Of a stretch of DNA of 39,635 nucleotides, positions 13,001-23,747 are shown piece by piece. Source of the stretch: Adineta ricciae (Eukaryota); assembly GCA_905250025.1 (NCBI GenBank), contig CAJNOJ010000052.1, positions 105,418-145,052 on the forward strand. The letters are read 5' to 3'. How positions within the stretch are numbered: position 1 is the first letter of the stretch; every line of letters begins with the position of its first letter. Made by a program: the position numbers and the translations under genes. The notes under the pieces are model-generated. The model was not told where the DNA came from and ran no database searches. It saw nothing but the letters and a program-made list of their open reading frames with translations.

Positions 13001-16000
13001 CAACTTGTGGACATCATTACAAGCAGAATACCAACCTGAGTATGTGCTATTAGATGATAATGAAATCGAAGATGCTCAACATCGACAATATCGGTCATCG
13101 TTCATGGAACATTTTGTTAGTCGAAACAAAGTTATTCAAGATGCTATGAAATCCCTTGGAAAAACTTCAGTGATTCTTCTTACTGGTCAACAAGGCTCAG
13201 GTAAAACAGCCTCTCTAGCTGCGATTGCCAATAAGATTGTATCTCGTGCTGATTTGAACATCAAATTGTACGAACATTACGTCGGTATTACACGTTCATC
13301 ATCAAATAGTGTCTCCATGCTTCGTCGTTTACTCTGTCAAATCGTTACTGATCATCCCGAATTGACCAATCAATTTCCAATCGATCAAATTCGTTCATGT
13401 AATTACACAGATCTATGTAAAATCTTGTCCGATGTTCTTCATAATCGAAAGCATTCATTTCATATGGTGATCTGTATCGATGGTATTGAACTTCTCGACA
13501 ATGAAACATTAGTTCAAACATTAAATTTCATTCCAAAAGATTTCAATTTCGATAAAATAACATTCATTCTTACTGCTACAGAAGACAGTTCTGTTGAACA
13601 AGCATGTAAGAGTCGATCAAATCCGTTCATAATCAATTTATCGAATCTTGAATTACTCGAACGTGGTGAAATCGTTCGAAAACATCTCGATCGTTTCGGT
13701 AAAAAGCTCGACGAACAAGCGTTCTCATCGCAAATGAAATTCATCACTAGTAAACGAGATTCATTCAAACCATCCTACTTAACATTACTCTGCGAAGAAC
13801 TGTTATTGATGACAGACTATGAAAAGAAAATCACAGAAAAACTTAAGAGTATACCACAGAGACAGAACCTCTTCCTATTAGACATTTTCAAACGATTGGA
13901 TACAGTTTTTGGCGAAACATATGTTGCAACTGTCTTTGGACTGATCTATTCAGCACGCCAAGACTTAACCGAACAAGAATTGCGAGATTTGGTGAACATT
14001 GCTTTTAGTTCAACGAAAACTTTACCGCCACCAGATAACTATACTTATCCAAATACCACGACGCCATTGCAATTAGCTGATTTCATTTACAATTGTCACA
14101 TTCTATTGAAACCACAACTCTATGATGGACCACAAACTGTTTCGATTGCATCGAATGAAATCCGCCAAATCATTAAAACACGTTACATTCGTTCCAATGA
14201 ACAACGCATTTACCTATACAAACTTTTAGCATTCTATTACTGGTGCGAAGCAGCTGGATCTCAATGGACAGCAATGAATGTGAAAGCATTTGAACATTTA
14301 CCCTACTATTTATACTCTGCTAATGAACTGAAACTATTCACTTCAGTTTTAACCGACTTGAAGTTTATCGCTGGCAAATGTCGCGTGGGTCTTGTCCAAT
14401 CATTGATTGACGATTACGAGCTGATCAAATCTTCAGTAACAAATGACATATCAACAGGAATAAAATCGAAAATAAGCAAAACTTCGTTAGTGAATACGAA
14501 AGATCGACAGATCAATGAAATAGCTCTTCAACAATATCGTTCATTCATACAACGAAATAGTCACATCCTCTCGGTAAATCCAGCTTTAATCTATCAACAG
14601 GCATTGAACGAACTAGAAACAAGTCCTGTGTTTGATAATATTCAACAAATACTTTCGAATAATCAACAAAATTCTGTCAGTAATGAAAACCAAATCACGG
14701 CATTTGTTCGTATCAATAAACCTGACAATATGGAACAAATGAAATATTCAATAGAAGACTACACAGAACCAATTAAATGCTTGGCTATCTCACCTTCGGG
14801 TAAGTTGTTCGAAAACAACAAACATGCTTTCATTTAGAAAAAAAACAACTCATCCTTTATCTTTTTTTCATATAGGCGCATATCTAGCTGCGGGTTCTGC
14901 CGATTGCTTAGTACGTCTTTACAATACGTCGACATCGCGTCTACTGAAATTATTTGTTGGTCATGCTGCACCTATTAGTGCTCTATGTTTCGTTGGCAAT
15001 GACCGTTTAGTCAGTGGTAGTAACGACGGTGGTTTATCAATTTGGGATGTAGCTAATGGTCACCGTTTACATATTCTAACACCAAAACATGACAAGAGAG
15101 TTTCGGAATTATGTTCGAATCAACGCGGTACTCAATTTGCTTCAGTTTCCTGGGATTCATTTGTACATATATGGGATCTGAATAAAGCTCGCAAAGAAAC
15201 AGAAATTCGTTTGCATCCAAAACCAGTCTCAAGCGTGGCTTTTCATCCAGATGGCTTCATGTTAGTTACTGGTTGTTGGGATGGTCTTGTTCGACAATGG
15301 AATGTCACTAGTGGACAACGGAAATCCATCATGCGTGGACATTTAAGTTCAATTAAGGCGGTCGCTTATTCAGCGGATGGCCGTTATATAGCTTCATGCT
15401 CAATCGATGGTGAATGTCGTCTATGGAATTCTCTTGCTGGTAGTCAAGTTGGTGTCATATCTGCTCGCATCAGTTCAATCTATTTTTCGCCAAGTGGATC
15501 CGAATTAGCCTCAGCTGGTAATGATGGTCGTGTGCGAGTGTTTTCCTCAACGGTCGGTCAATGTCAAATGATTATTCGTGATGATAGTTGGGGTTCTCCT
15601 TCAAGTGTTGTCATTCATCCGGAAGGAGAATATATAATTGTAGGATATCATTCGGGCTCAATTCGTGTATTCGACATTCAAAATGGTACGACTGAACAAG
15701 AATTCCATTATCATAAAGGTCGTATCCATCATCTTCAACTGTCTTCAAATGGAACTATGCTATTATCCGCATCGGGCGACAGTACTTCTCGTGTTTATGA
15801 TCTGAAAGACCTTGGAAAACGGAATGACCTTCGCATTAGAACATCGATACTCAAAGGTCATACCGCCGGCGTTCTGTCCTGTGCTTTAAATAAATTGAAC
15901 ATGATTGCAACAGGTTCCGAAGATGCAACTATCTGCTTCTACAAATCAACAAAACTATTTGATCAATCCTCAATCGAACCAAATCAAATTCTCACACAAC

Positions 16001-17931
16001 ATCGCACACCAGTCACAGGCTTAGTATTCAACAATCAATCGTACCAATTGATATCTGCTAGTCGAGATGGGCAAGTTCATATATGGGATGTTCATCGGCA
16101 TGCAACAACTAATATTGTAACACTTGCGAATTCACTTGCCCATTGCCATGCTGATTGGATTAATGACATTGCATTGTCAAATACGAGCAACGGTTTACTT
16201 GTTACGGCATCGAATGATAACACATTGAAAGTTTGGAATACTATACAAAAAGCTACAACGACTGAGGAAGATAACGATCAAATGGATACTGTTTCTGCGA
16301 GTGTCGAAGAGGCTCGAGTGACACTTCGTGGTCATCAAGGTTCAGTTAATACAGTCGCATTTGCCTACGGTTGTGTTGTGTCCGGTTCATTGGATAACAC
16401 TATTCGAGTCTGGTCTCATAAAGGAACTGAAATCACATGTTTACGTGGCCACACAGAAAAGGTAACATCGTGCGATTTATACGTTAAACTCAAAGGCACC
16501 ACTCCTAAAACTGACAACAATTCAGATCAGAGCCAATGGTCAACAGTGGTCGAAGAAAAAGAAGCGGAACTCTCACGAACAACACATACTGTTGATAAAA
16601 TGCTCGTTGTTAGTACATCCGAAGATGGTTCAATCCGCATTTGGCGTCCAACAGATCCCGAGCAACGCTGTGTTTACGATGCACATGCTCAACCATTGAA
16701 TGATATTGTACTCAACCAAGAATCAATTGTCACCTCATCACTTGATAAAACAGTCCGTTCATGGCAAATTCCACATAATGTGTTCCAAAATAGCAATGCT
16801 GGATCCGCTGCTATGACACCGCAAATTCCTGAACTAACCAGTCATTTAGACGAAGTGACGTCCATCGCTGTCTCTCATGATAATTCACTTGTTTTCACTG
16901 TTTCTCGTGACGCCTACCTCTTCGTATGGTCATTACTATCAGCTGCAACAGATGATTCTGCCATGGACACTAGCATGAAATCATCAAATATGTCCAAGCA
17001 ACCATTCCGTATCATACAATCGATCAAAGCGCATGATGAAAATATTCTTGGCATGGCTTTAGTTCGTTCCGAAGTGCAAAATTATGTTCTTGCCACTGGC
17101 TCTGTTGACAAAACCATCAAACTATGGCGAATTTCACACAAATCCAATGAAGATAAATGTTCGCTCAAACGTTTACGAACGGATACAACAGAAAATGGGC
17201 CCGTTTCGTTCATTGCCGGTCAATACACTATGCCATACTTTGTTGTTGGTGAAAATCAATCCTTCGATTCCTTGACATTCCATCTTTACTCATCATCGTC
17301 ACTGGAACGTTTGAAAATATACCAAACGCAAACATGTCACTGGCCTCTTTCGTCTCTGCTAACATTAAATGCAGATAAACATTGCATCTTAGCTATTGGT
17401 TCAACAAGTAATCAACTATGTCTGTATGACCTGTCATTGATCGATTCAACCAGCAGCAAATTACACGTTTCATACGGATCGAAACTTGAACATTGTACAT
17501 TCACACCATCGGAATGGATTACATCGATTGAAAAGCTTGACGATGAAAACGTGTTTTATTTGGGTACAGCAACAGGCACGATGTATTCCACATCTGACCT
17601 ATCTACTGATATTAATGCTTGGAATAAAATGGAATTATCGCCGAAACAACGATCGATCACTGGATTGTGCTCACTTAACAATGAACTTATCTTCACAAGT
17701 GGATTTGATAATGTTATTCGTGTACAGTATCGAAATGATCACGCTAAAACTCAAAGTATGAATGCAGATGATATTGGCGATGATGATAACATTGACATTC
17801 TTGGACAATATCCTGTACCAGCACCAATCACTCAAATGCGATCATGGAAACAAAAGAATAACGGCATTTTTGGTGTTGTAGCCGGTGACACACTAGGAAA
17901 TCTTTACTTAGTACAGTGGTATTCGTCGTAA
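9324..17931 (+). CDS. TEP1: TEP1 (telomerase-associated / vault protein component 1) ortholog. It is a complete gene of 7 coding exons with architecture S/T-rich N-terminus - TROVE - DUF4062 - NACHT NTPase - WD40 array.
   Basis: TROVE: 'DPEFILKAALYTRNHLNIRITANFLVAYAAFTDPCRIFLKKYFKAVVNLPSDWIEIAELYQ' vs human TEP1 'EPEFILKASLYARQQLNVRNVANNILAIAAFLPACRPHLRRYFCAIVQLPSDWIQVAELYQ'. Also 'FDKYQLAKYN', and '[57 protein letters not shown]...SRQFPFRF' vs human '[57 protein letters not shown]...SRQFPFRF'. DUF4062: '[34 protein letters not shown]' vs '[34 protein letters not shown]'. NACHT Walker A: 'LLTGQQGSGKTASLAAIA'. Many WD40 repeats lie in 14876-17931. All splice junctions are canonical GT..AG and frame-consistent. 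Confidence 0.9.
10119..10253 (+). CDS. TEP1: TEP1 exon 2 (TROVE N-terminal part: KSLLNSLADSLLSQPDLRKATDQKRAELIRLSHLVVDQDPEFILK).
   Basis: Acceptor tgtttag|aaaagt and donor aag|gtagta, both phase 0. The peptide aligns with human TEP1 '...LEPEFILK'. Confidence 0.7.
10312..11021 (+). CDS. TEP1: TEP1 exon 3 (TROVE core plus the RGG/GAR-rich insert).
   Basis: Acceptor tttag|gctgct, phase 0. Contains 'AALYTRNHLNIRITANFLVAYAAF...LPSDWIEIAELYQ'. Donor ac|gtaaga, phase 2. Confidence 0.8.
11097..11203 (+). CDS. TEP1: TEP1 exon 4 ([39 protein letters not shown]).
   Basis: Acceptor caatag|atgg completes the codon ac+a=T. Donor g|gtaagt. Colinear with human '[40 protein letters not shown]'. Confidence 0.85.
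11270..11954 (+). CDS. TEP1: TEP1 exon 5 (TROVE C-terminal part through a vWA-like region).
   Basis: Acceptor atttag|gt, donor at|gtatgt. Peptide 'GISEKHHQWVLKKLQDEGAVTYSRQFPFRFFSAYQILDEL'. Confidence 0.75.
12011..14800 (+). CDS. TEP1: TEP1 exon 6. A giant ~2.8 kb exon carrying DUF4062, the NACHT NTPase and a helical region.
   Basis: Acceptor attttag|tat, phase 2. Continuous 945-aa ORF (12000-14837 in the track). Donor tcg g|gtaagt, phase 1. Confidence 0.85.
14876..17931 (+). CDS. TEP1: TEP1 exon 7: a ~1000-aa WD40 repeat array ending at stop TAA 17929-17931.
   Basis: Acceptor catatag|gc, with g+gc=G. Numerous WD signatures ('GH...SGSNDGGLSIWD', 'ASVSWDSFVHIWD', 'SCSIDGECRLWN', 'TASNDNTLKVWN', 'TGSVDKTIKLWR'). 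Confidence 0.85.
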
Positions 17932-18032
17932 ATCCAATCAGAACAGTTCACTTTTCTATCAAATATGTAGTTTACTAATTGCTTGTCCTATTTTCGTATT
18001 CCTTGATAAATATATTTTACGATTCATTTTCG

Positions 18033-18038
18033 AATAAA
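18033..18038 (+). promoter_or_regulatory. Candidate polyadenylation signal AATAAA for TEP1, ~100 nt after the stop.
   Basis: AATAAA hexamer in the 3' flank of the TEP1 stop, before the next ORF begins at 18110. Confidence 0.25.
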
Positions 18039-18109
18039 TCCCATATTATACAAAAACTTTTTTTTGCGCAGTATGCACAATTTCATGTCGTTTCGATTGA
18101 TTTTTGTCT

Positions 18110-18802
18110 ATGAAAACAAGTTTTCTACCTAACAATGAACCTGCTCGGACGAATCCGATCTCAGAACAAGAGAGCTTTGCATTACAGCAAACTCCTAATC
18201 AGCTTCATTTAGCTCAACAGGAGATCAATAATCTACGCCTTCTAAATGTTTGTCTTCAAACAACCTTGATTCGTGTTCAGACTCAATTAATTGAATATTT
18301 ACCCGAAAATAACAATGATGATATCAAACGAAATAATACTCGACAGCAACTAGCTCATCTACGTCGATCCGATGATCATACGCGACAAATCATTTCGAAT
18401 CAACAATTCTCATTCCTTCGATTTTTTGATCAACCTCCGAAACTCTCGACTAATAAACACATATCCTTAGTCAAAATTGAAAAACAAATCGACATTTTCC
18501 ATGAAATGTTTCACGAGCTTCATACAATCATTCATACAGAACATCACGATCGCATCTGTCAACTGTATATCACTTTAGCTCAGACATCTCAGTCAATCAC
18601 TCAAGCTCATGAAGGTAAAAAGAAAGTATTAACCGGTGTTAGTAAATACAATTTCTTCGATTCAGTTTTAGACAAGACCATTGACACTCATCGATTAATT
18701 ACAAAACAAAAATTAAAACGAAACTTCTTCTTTGTTTTGCTCATATTCAGTTTTATTTCAACAATAATATTTATTATGATCATCTCTATTCGAATGCATT
18801 AA
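18110..18802 (+). CDS. Unassigned tail-anchored coiled-coil membrane protein (~230 aa). The C-terminal 25-residue hydrophobic anchor suggests a SNARE-like topology.
   Basis: Single open frame of ~700 nt in an AT-rich context, which is unlikely by chance. The track start is TTG at 18104 and the first ATG is at 18110. Heptad-like segments ('QQEINNLRLLNVCLQTTLIRVQTQLIEYL'). C-terminus 'FFFVLLIFSFISTIIFIMIISIRMH*'. I recognise no family. Confidence 0.4.
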   Translation: MKTSFLPNNEPARTNPISEQESFALQQTPNQLHLAQQEINNLRLLNVCLQTTLIRVQTQLIEYLPENNNDDIKRNNTRQQLAHLRRSDDHTRQIISNQQFSFLRFFDQPPKLSTNKHISLVKIEKQIDIFHEMFHELHTIIHTEHHDRICQLYITLAQTSQSITQAHEGKKKVLTGVSKYNFFDSVLDKTIDTHRLITKQKLKRNFFFVLLIFSFISTIIFIMIISIRMH

Positions 18803-19363
18803 TATTCTATTGAATTCGTTTCATTTCTGTGCATTCTTATCAATTGAATAATATTTGCAATAAGACTAAGAAGAATAAGTATGATACCAGTAATTACAAT
18901 AATCAATGCATCCGACATGATTGTACATAACGCGCGTTTATCTCGCGATAAATGAAATGCCGTTACGAATAAAGATAATCCGTGTTTGAGGATAAGGAAA
19001 AACCGGATAGTTTATGACTAAATCGAAATCGAATTTCAAGTCAAATAAAGAATCCTGTCTGGTAAATAACTTACATTTGACATCGCTCAAAACGAGAAGC
19101 CATCTTTCTTTCGCATAGGAAAGGTAAAACTAAACAGATTTTCTGCTCTGTAAAGTGTTGTTGTGAAAGAAAATACCTTACTTTGAAACCAACAGGATAG
19201 CTGAAATAGCCAGCGTGTAAGCGAACGAATTCTTGAGCTAAGTTGGAGAATGATCGCCTTCGAGATGGCCGAAAACAGTTCAACAAACGACGAAATAGAT
19301 TCGTTCTAAACAAATTTATATAACAAATCAACTTTTCTATTTAAAAAAAATCACTTTTTTCAA

Positions 19364-19803
19364 TTACTTTCGATGCACGGATAACCAAATTTCGCAGATC
19401 CATGGATACTGCATAGCAGACTGAAAAAGTACACTGTCACCAGCTGCTTGATCTTTTGAACTCATCAAAGCATCTTGATAATAATGAAGACAGAAATTGT
19501 TAGAAAATGAAAGTTTTGTGTTTACTGTAAGTTGGAAAATGGTCAGGACAATCAAAATATAGATCTATAACGAAACAAGAATGACAATTCTGAACATGAA
19601 ATCAATATCTAGTCAAACCTTTTTCATAGTCTATTGGATCACCTTCTATAAACAAGAGAAAGAATGATTAGAGATGATCAGCAGAGCAAAATTTCTTGCT
19701 CACCATAGATATTCTTCAGCCATTGTTCCAATGAATCCATGCGATATTGAATTTCATGTTTTCGACAATCAACAAAATCGATTTGACACTCAAGATTCAA
19801 GTC
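19364..19803 (-). CDS. Small unassigned protein (~80 aa) in 3 micro-exons: 19803-19700, ~19640-19605 and ~19486-19364.
   Basis: Minus strand: 'MDLNLECQIDFVDCRKHEIQYRMDSLEQWLKNIYG' then donor gtgagc. The second exon follows acceptor tttatag and reads 'EGDPIDYEK', then donor g|gtttga. The third exon follows acceptor tatcaag and reads 'DALMSSKDQAAGDSVLFQSAMQYPWICEIWLSVHRK*'. Phases are consistent (1 and 1). No family recognised. Confidence 0.3.
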
Positions 19804-20020
19804 CATCACGTTACAAATGATGAAGAAAGAAAGAAATGAATCATTTTCTTACCACTTATCATATATACTGTCGATAAGCATAGTTAAACGATATTGTCAG
19901 ACTCACGTACAAATCATATAAATCATGTTGTTTTGTTTATATGAACACTTTTGCGTTTCTTTAGTCAAAGATAAAAATTTTAAGCCAAAGTTCAGACGTT
20001 CACATACATGCACTGTTTAT

Positions 20021-21386
20021 TCATTCAAATTCAACATGTTTTACAAATGAATCGCCTAATTTCAATGAGACTTTTTCTTCGTCGTTCTGTTCGTCTACAG
20101 GATCTATCAGAGGTGTATCGCTCACATTTGTATCTATTATGGACTCGATCGTTTCTAATCGGTTGAACTTTTTAGGAAAATCATTGGATGACTTTCGCCG
20201 AGGTAAACTTTCTCGCTGACTAGTCGTAGAAAAATGTTTTGGATATAAATATGGAGTATGGATCGGTATTGGCGGACTGTTTTTCTCCGAATCATCGTCT
20301 TGATAATTCCAAATTGGTTGAGCATGAATCAGTTGAACTTGATTGAATCTTTCGAAATCGAATCCACTGAGTGTAGAATTACACGACGAGAACTCGTAAC
20401 CCCACAAAAGTTCACTGGGTAAATAAGATGTTCGAAAATGACAAGAGAATCCCGTGTAATCGAAACTACCTTCAATAATCGCGATCAATTCGAAATGTTC
20501 ACTGGTTAACGTAGAACGTTGAATACCATAGAGTGGACTTCGATAATTAATAATATGCTCGATGACATTCGGTCGAGGAAAGAATAATTGACCATTCCGA
20601 AGGTGTGTTATCTCCATATCATAAAGATAATGAGGAATTACTTCATCTTCCATTGTTCGCCGTTGACGAATCATCAATAACCGTACACTAGCAAATATTA
20701 ATTGCGATGGGGACAAATTACCTATGCGAAAGGTTAATGTCAAGTGGTTATTACGTGGGGCTATCAATGCATTATCACTAAAGACGATAAATTGTGATTT
20801 TTCTAGAATGGGATTAAAATTCATCGTATTAGACTATAAGAGAAACGTGTTTACCTGTTGGTCGAGACAGTTTTGTAAAAACAACCTGTGTAACAATCAC
20901 GTGTAGCAAATATCCTAGCGATGACTGTAATGTCAAGACGAGTATGCCACCCATACATTCTGTTGTGATATATCTTGAACCATAACCGATTGTATGTTGA
21001 GTTTCGATAGAGAAAAGTAAGGCACTTAGAAAGTTATGCACATCTTGAACGCATTTTTCTCGTTCTTTTGGATCTGATCGTATGGAATTTGTTTGATTAT
21101 AGTAGAATTGATCATCTTCGTTAATATCAAAATCTCCATGTTCGACCGAAACCAGAAAGTAAAGAAATGCGAAGAAAAACCAACTGACGATAAATCCAAA
21201 TAAAACTAATGTCAACACCAACCACCATTCAGCTTGCATAATGAATAGAATCACATTTGAGTGCATACTCTTTATCTGTCCCACTGACGTGTATGAAACA
21301 TTGATACGCCCATTTTTGTTCACGAAACGAAATTCATCCTTTGCTGTATCATTCACGCAGTAATACTTCTTTTTCAATCCATCCAT
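20021..21386 (-). CDS. Inward-rectifier potassium channel (Kir family). Two coding exons: 21386-20864 and 20794-20021. Further 5' exons are possible.
   Basis: Minus strand: TM1 'WWLVLTLVLFGFIVSWFFFAFLYFLVSVEHGD', pore helix plus filter 'SALLFSIETQHTIGYGSRYITTEC', TM2, then the cytoplasmic Kir C-terminal domain ('EKSQFIVFSDNALIA...LTFRIGNL...ELIAIIEGSFDYTGFSCHFRTSY'). Intron donor g|gtaaac and acceptor ttctag, phase 1. The track start at 21458 is TTG. The first ATG gives 'MDGLKKKYYCVN' at 21386. Confidence 0.85.
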
Positions 21387-22173
21387 TCGCCCCACCTGTT
21401 CAATGTCGTAATACAGAAACAAATATCCGATGAAAACGAGTGATGTGTTGTCTGTCAATGTGAAATTTGTATATGTATTCGCTTAAGGTATTATCATACA
21501 TTTACCTTGATCACACATACAGCCCATAAATTTATCTATTCTTCTTTGTCTTCTACACTCGGCTTTTCATTCATAAGTGACATGTGTATGAGGTGAAAAA
21601 AAAAGGAAACCGGATCCTATACCAATACCTATTGACGCTCTATTCACACGAAGTATTAGTCAATTGAGCGTTTATTTAATAGTCAATTTCATTTTATCAA
21701 TTGAAACATAGAGTGCGAATTTTTACGTTCGTCTTCAGCTTTTTCCTGCTTGTCGCAAACTTGAAATCGTTCTTTCATCAGTTACTGACATCTATCAGAG
21801 CAAAAAGACCTTTGATGACTCGTTTCGACCAATAAAGAAGAACATAAGTAAAAGTCATGCAATCCAAATGGTCTAGCATTTCCTTCAATCAAGGACATCT
21901 ACTTGAATCCTCCAATAAAAATGATTGATAAGAAAAGGAATCAATCAAAATGAGGGTACATAAAGATGTACATCAAGTTTACAATGGAGTTAACACATGC
22001 AAAGATACATTCTGTCACTTAAAGAAATAAACAAGTCGTATTCTTTTTGAATAAAGTATTTTTTCTTGTTTAAGATCTAGTTGAAAAACGAGATATATAT
22101 TTTTTTCTTCGAATTTATCATCAAGGAAAACAGTGTGATATGTGCTATTAACACGTGACAACAAAGAAAGATC

Positions 22174-23305
22174 ATGTCGCCAAATAATCGTTTTTTGTCG
22201 CGCTTTTTTTCACGTTTATCACCAACCAATATTATTCATCCACGATCTCATCAACTTGTAAATACTGACGACGAAATCAACATCGATGAACAATCGGCAT
22301 CGGATGAGCAAAATCTCGTTACTCAACCAATAGCAACGCGAATTCGTTCATCAGCACCATCGATTATCAAACGATACGAACGAAACTATGCATCGGCATC
22401 GTGCAGCATGTTTGCGATCGCAGCATTAGCTGTGAGTCTATCTGATTATCGATGGTTCTGGTTAAATGGCGGTCTATGCAATTCCAAATACATCGGTTTA
22501 AGTATGTTCTTCGCCGTGGGTAAATTATTTGTCGTACGAGTACCTGTACCATGGGATCCATCGGCACCAATCAATGAAATCTATCAATTTAAACCCAATG
22601 ACTATATGGGTATATTTCTGTTGATGAAAAAATGAAATAATTATTTTCGATCTCATTTTCTCTTTCTAATAGAATTAACTGGTTGCGTAGATACACGTTC
22701 AATATTAATTCTTCGTTTAATAATTACATTAATTTGTTTGGCGATATTCTCTTCTACTATCGGCTTTCTATTAGATGCTCTTGGGCCAATGAAATACGGA
22801 TTAAAGTTCATGAGACGCCACGCTTTTTGGCATATTCTTTCAGGTAAAGAAAAACGAATCATTAGATTCTGTTCATTCATCGCATTGATGTTCCTGTTTA
22901 GTTCTTCTCTGTACAGTAGTGTCCGGTTTATGTTTCTGGGCATCGGAATTGATCTATGATATTCAAGATAAAAGTCGCTCGAAGATTGGCAAGAAAGTCG
23001 AAGTCCAATTTGATGTAGCTTATTATTTAGTTGTGATCTCAAGCGGTCTTTCGTTGTTAGCATCCGCTTTTGCACTTCTCAGACGATATCCAACTGCGGA
23101 AGAAGAACACTTAGATAGGTAATTGATTTCTTTTCGAAAACTTTCTTGCTAATGCGATTTTTATCCATCAAGATTAATGGATGATTGGTCGCGACGTGAA
23201 GAGCCATTGTTCATCGAGCGTTCCTTACCTGCAACGGTATCAACAGTCCCAGCTAATAACGAACCACCGCCTGAATATTCCGAACAGAATGTTATTGTAG
23301 TATGA
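22174..23305 (+). CDS. Four-TM tetraspan protein of the PMP22/claudin/LHFPL superfamily (LHFPL-like). Four exons: 22174-22609, 22672-22843, 22902-23118 and 23173-23305.
   Basis: ATG at 22174. Canonical junctions with consistent phases. Predicted TMs: 'MFAIAALAVSLSDYRWFWLNGG', 'ILILRLIITLICLAIFSSTIGFLL', 'VLLCTVVSGLCFWASELIY', 'VAYYLVVISSGLSLLASAFALL'. C-terminal PPEY motif. The family assignment is tentative. Confidence 0.45.
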
Positions 23306-23715
23306 ACAAGTATTTTTCCTTTTCTCTCAGAATCTCTTTGATGAAACAGTGATTTCTCTCTACAATAACATTTTTCTCATAGTTTTTTCTATTTGTATCA
23401 TATTATCAAAGACTGCTTTTTTTCTCCTCTACTACTATTACAACTTCTTCTCGCTTTTCTGTTCGCTGTAATTACTTTCTTACTTACACATCGTAGTTCA
23501 AATGGGAATAAATAAAGCAAAACAGTTGAAGATATGTTATGATGCTCATAATACTAACAATAGGTATTTAATTTTTTCTTCTGCTTCTTTTGTAGATAAT
23601 GACAATATTTTATCAAAGTATGAAGATCATGTCTTAAATCGAATAGCCTGACGACGGTTACATCATACATCAAGTGCCTATGTGTCACCACTCATCATGG
23701 TTCTTTCTGAAAAAC

Positions 23716-23747
23716 AAAAAAATGAACTGTAAGTATTGATTGAGCTT
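23716..23747 (+). CDS. PAFAH1B1: LIS1 exon 1 ([11 protein letters not shown], phase 2 donor gtaagt).
   Basis: ATG plus an 11-codon micro-exon preceding gtaagt. Confidence 0.7.

Noticed and set aside
13514-13768. 84-aa minus-strand ORF inside the TEP1 giant exon
   Set aside because: It is antisense to a strongly supported coding exon, so it is a chance ORF.
19071-19331. 86-aa minus-strand ORF downstream of the small 3-exon gene
   Set aside because: It is basic and low-complexity (RRRS-rich), with no homology and no phase-compatible junction to the neighbouring exons. It is probably 3'UTR.
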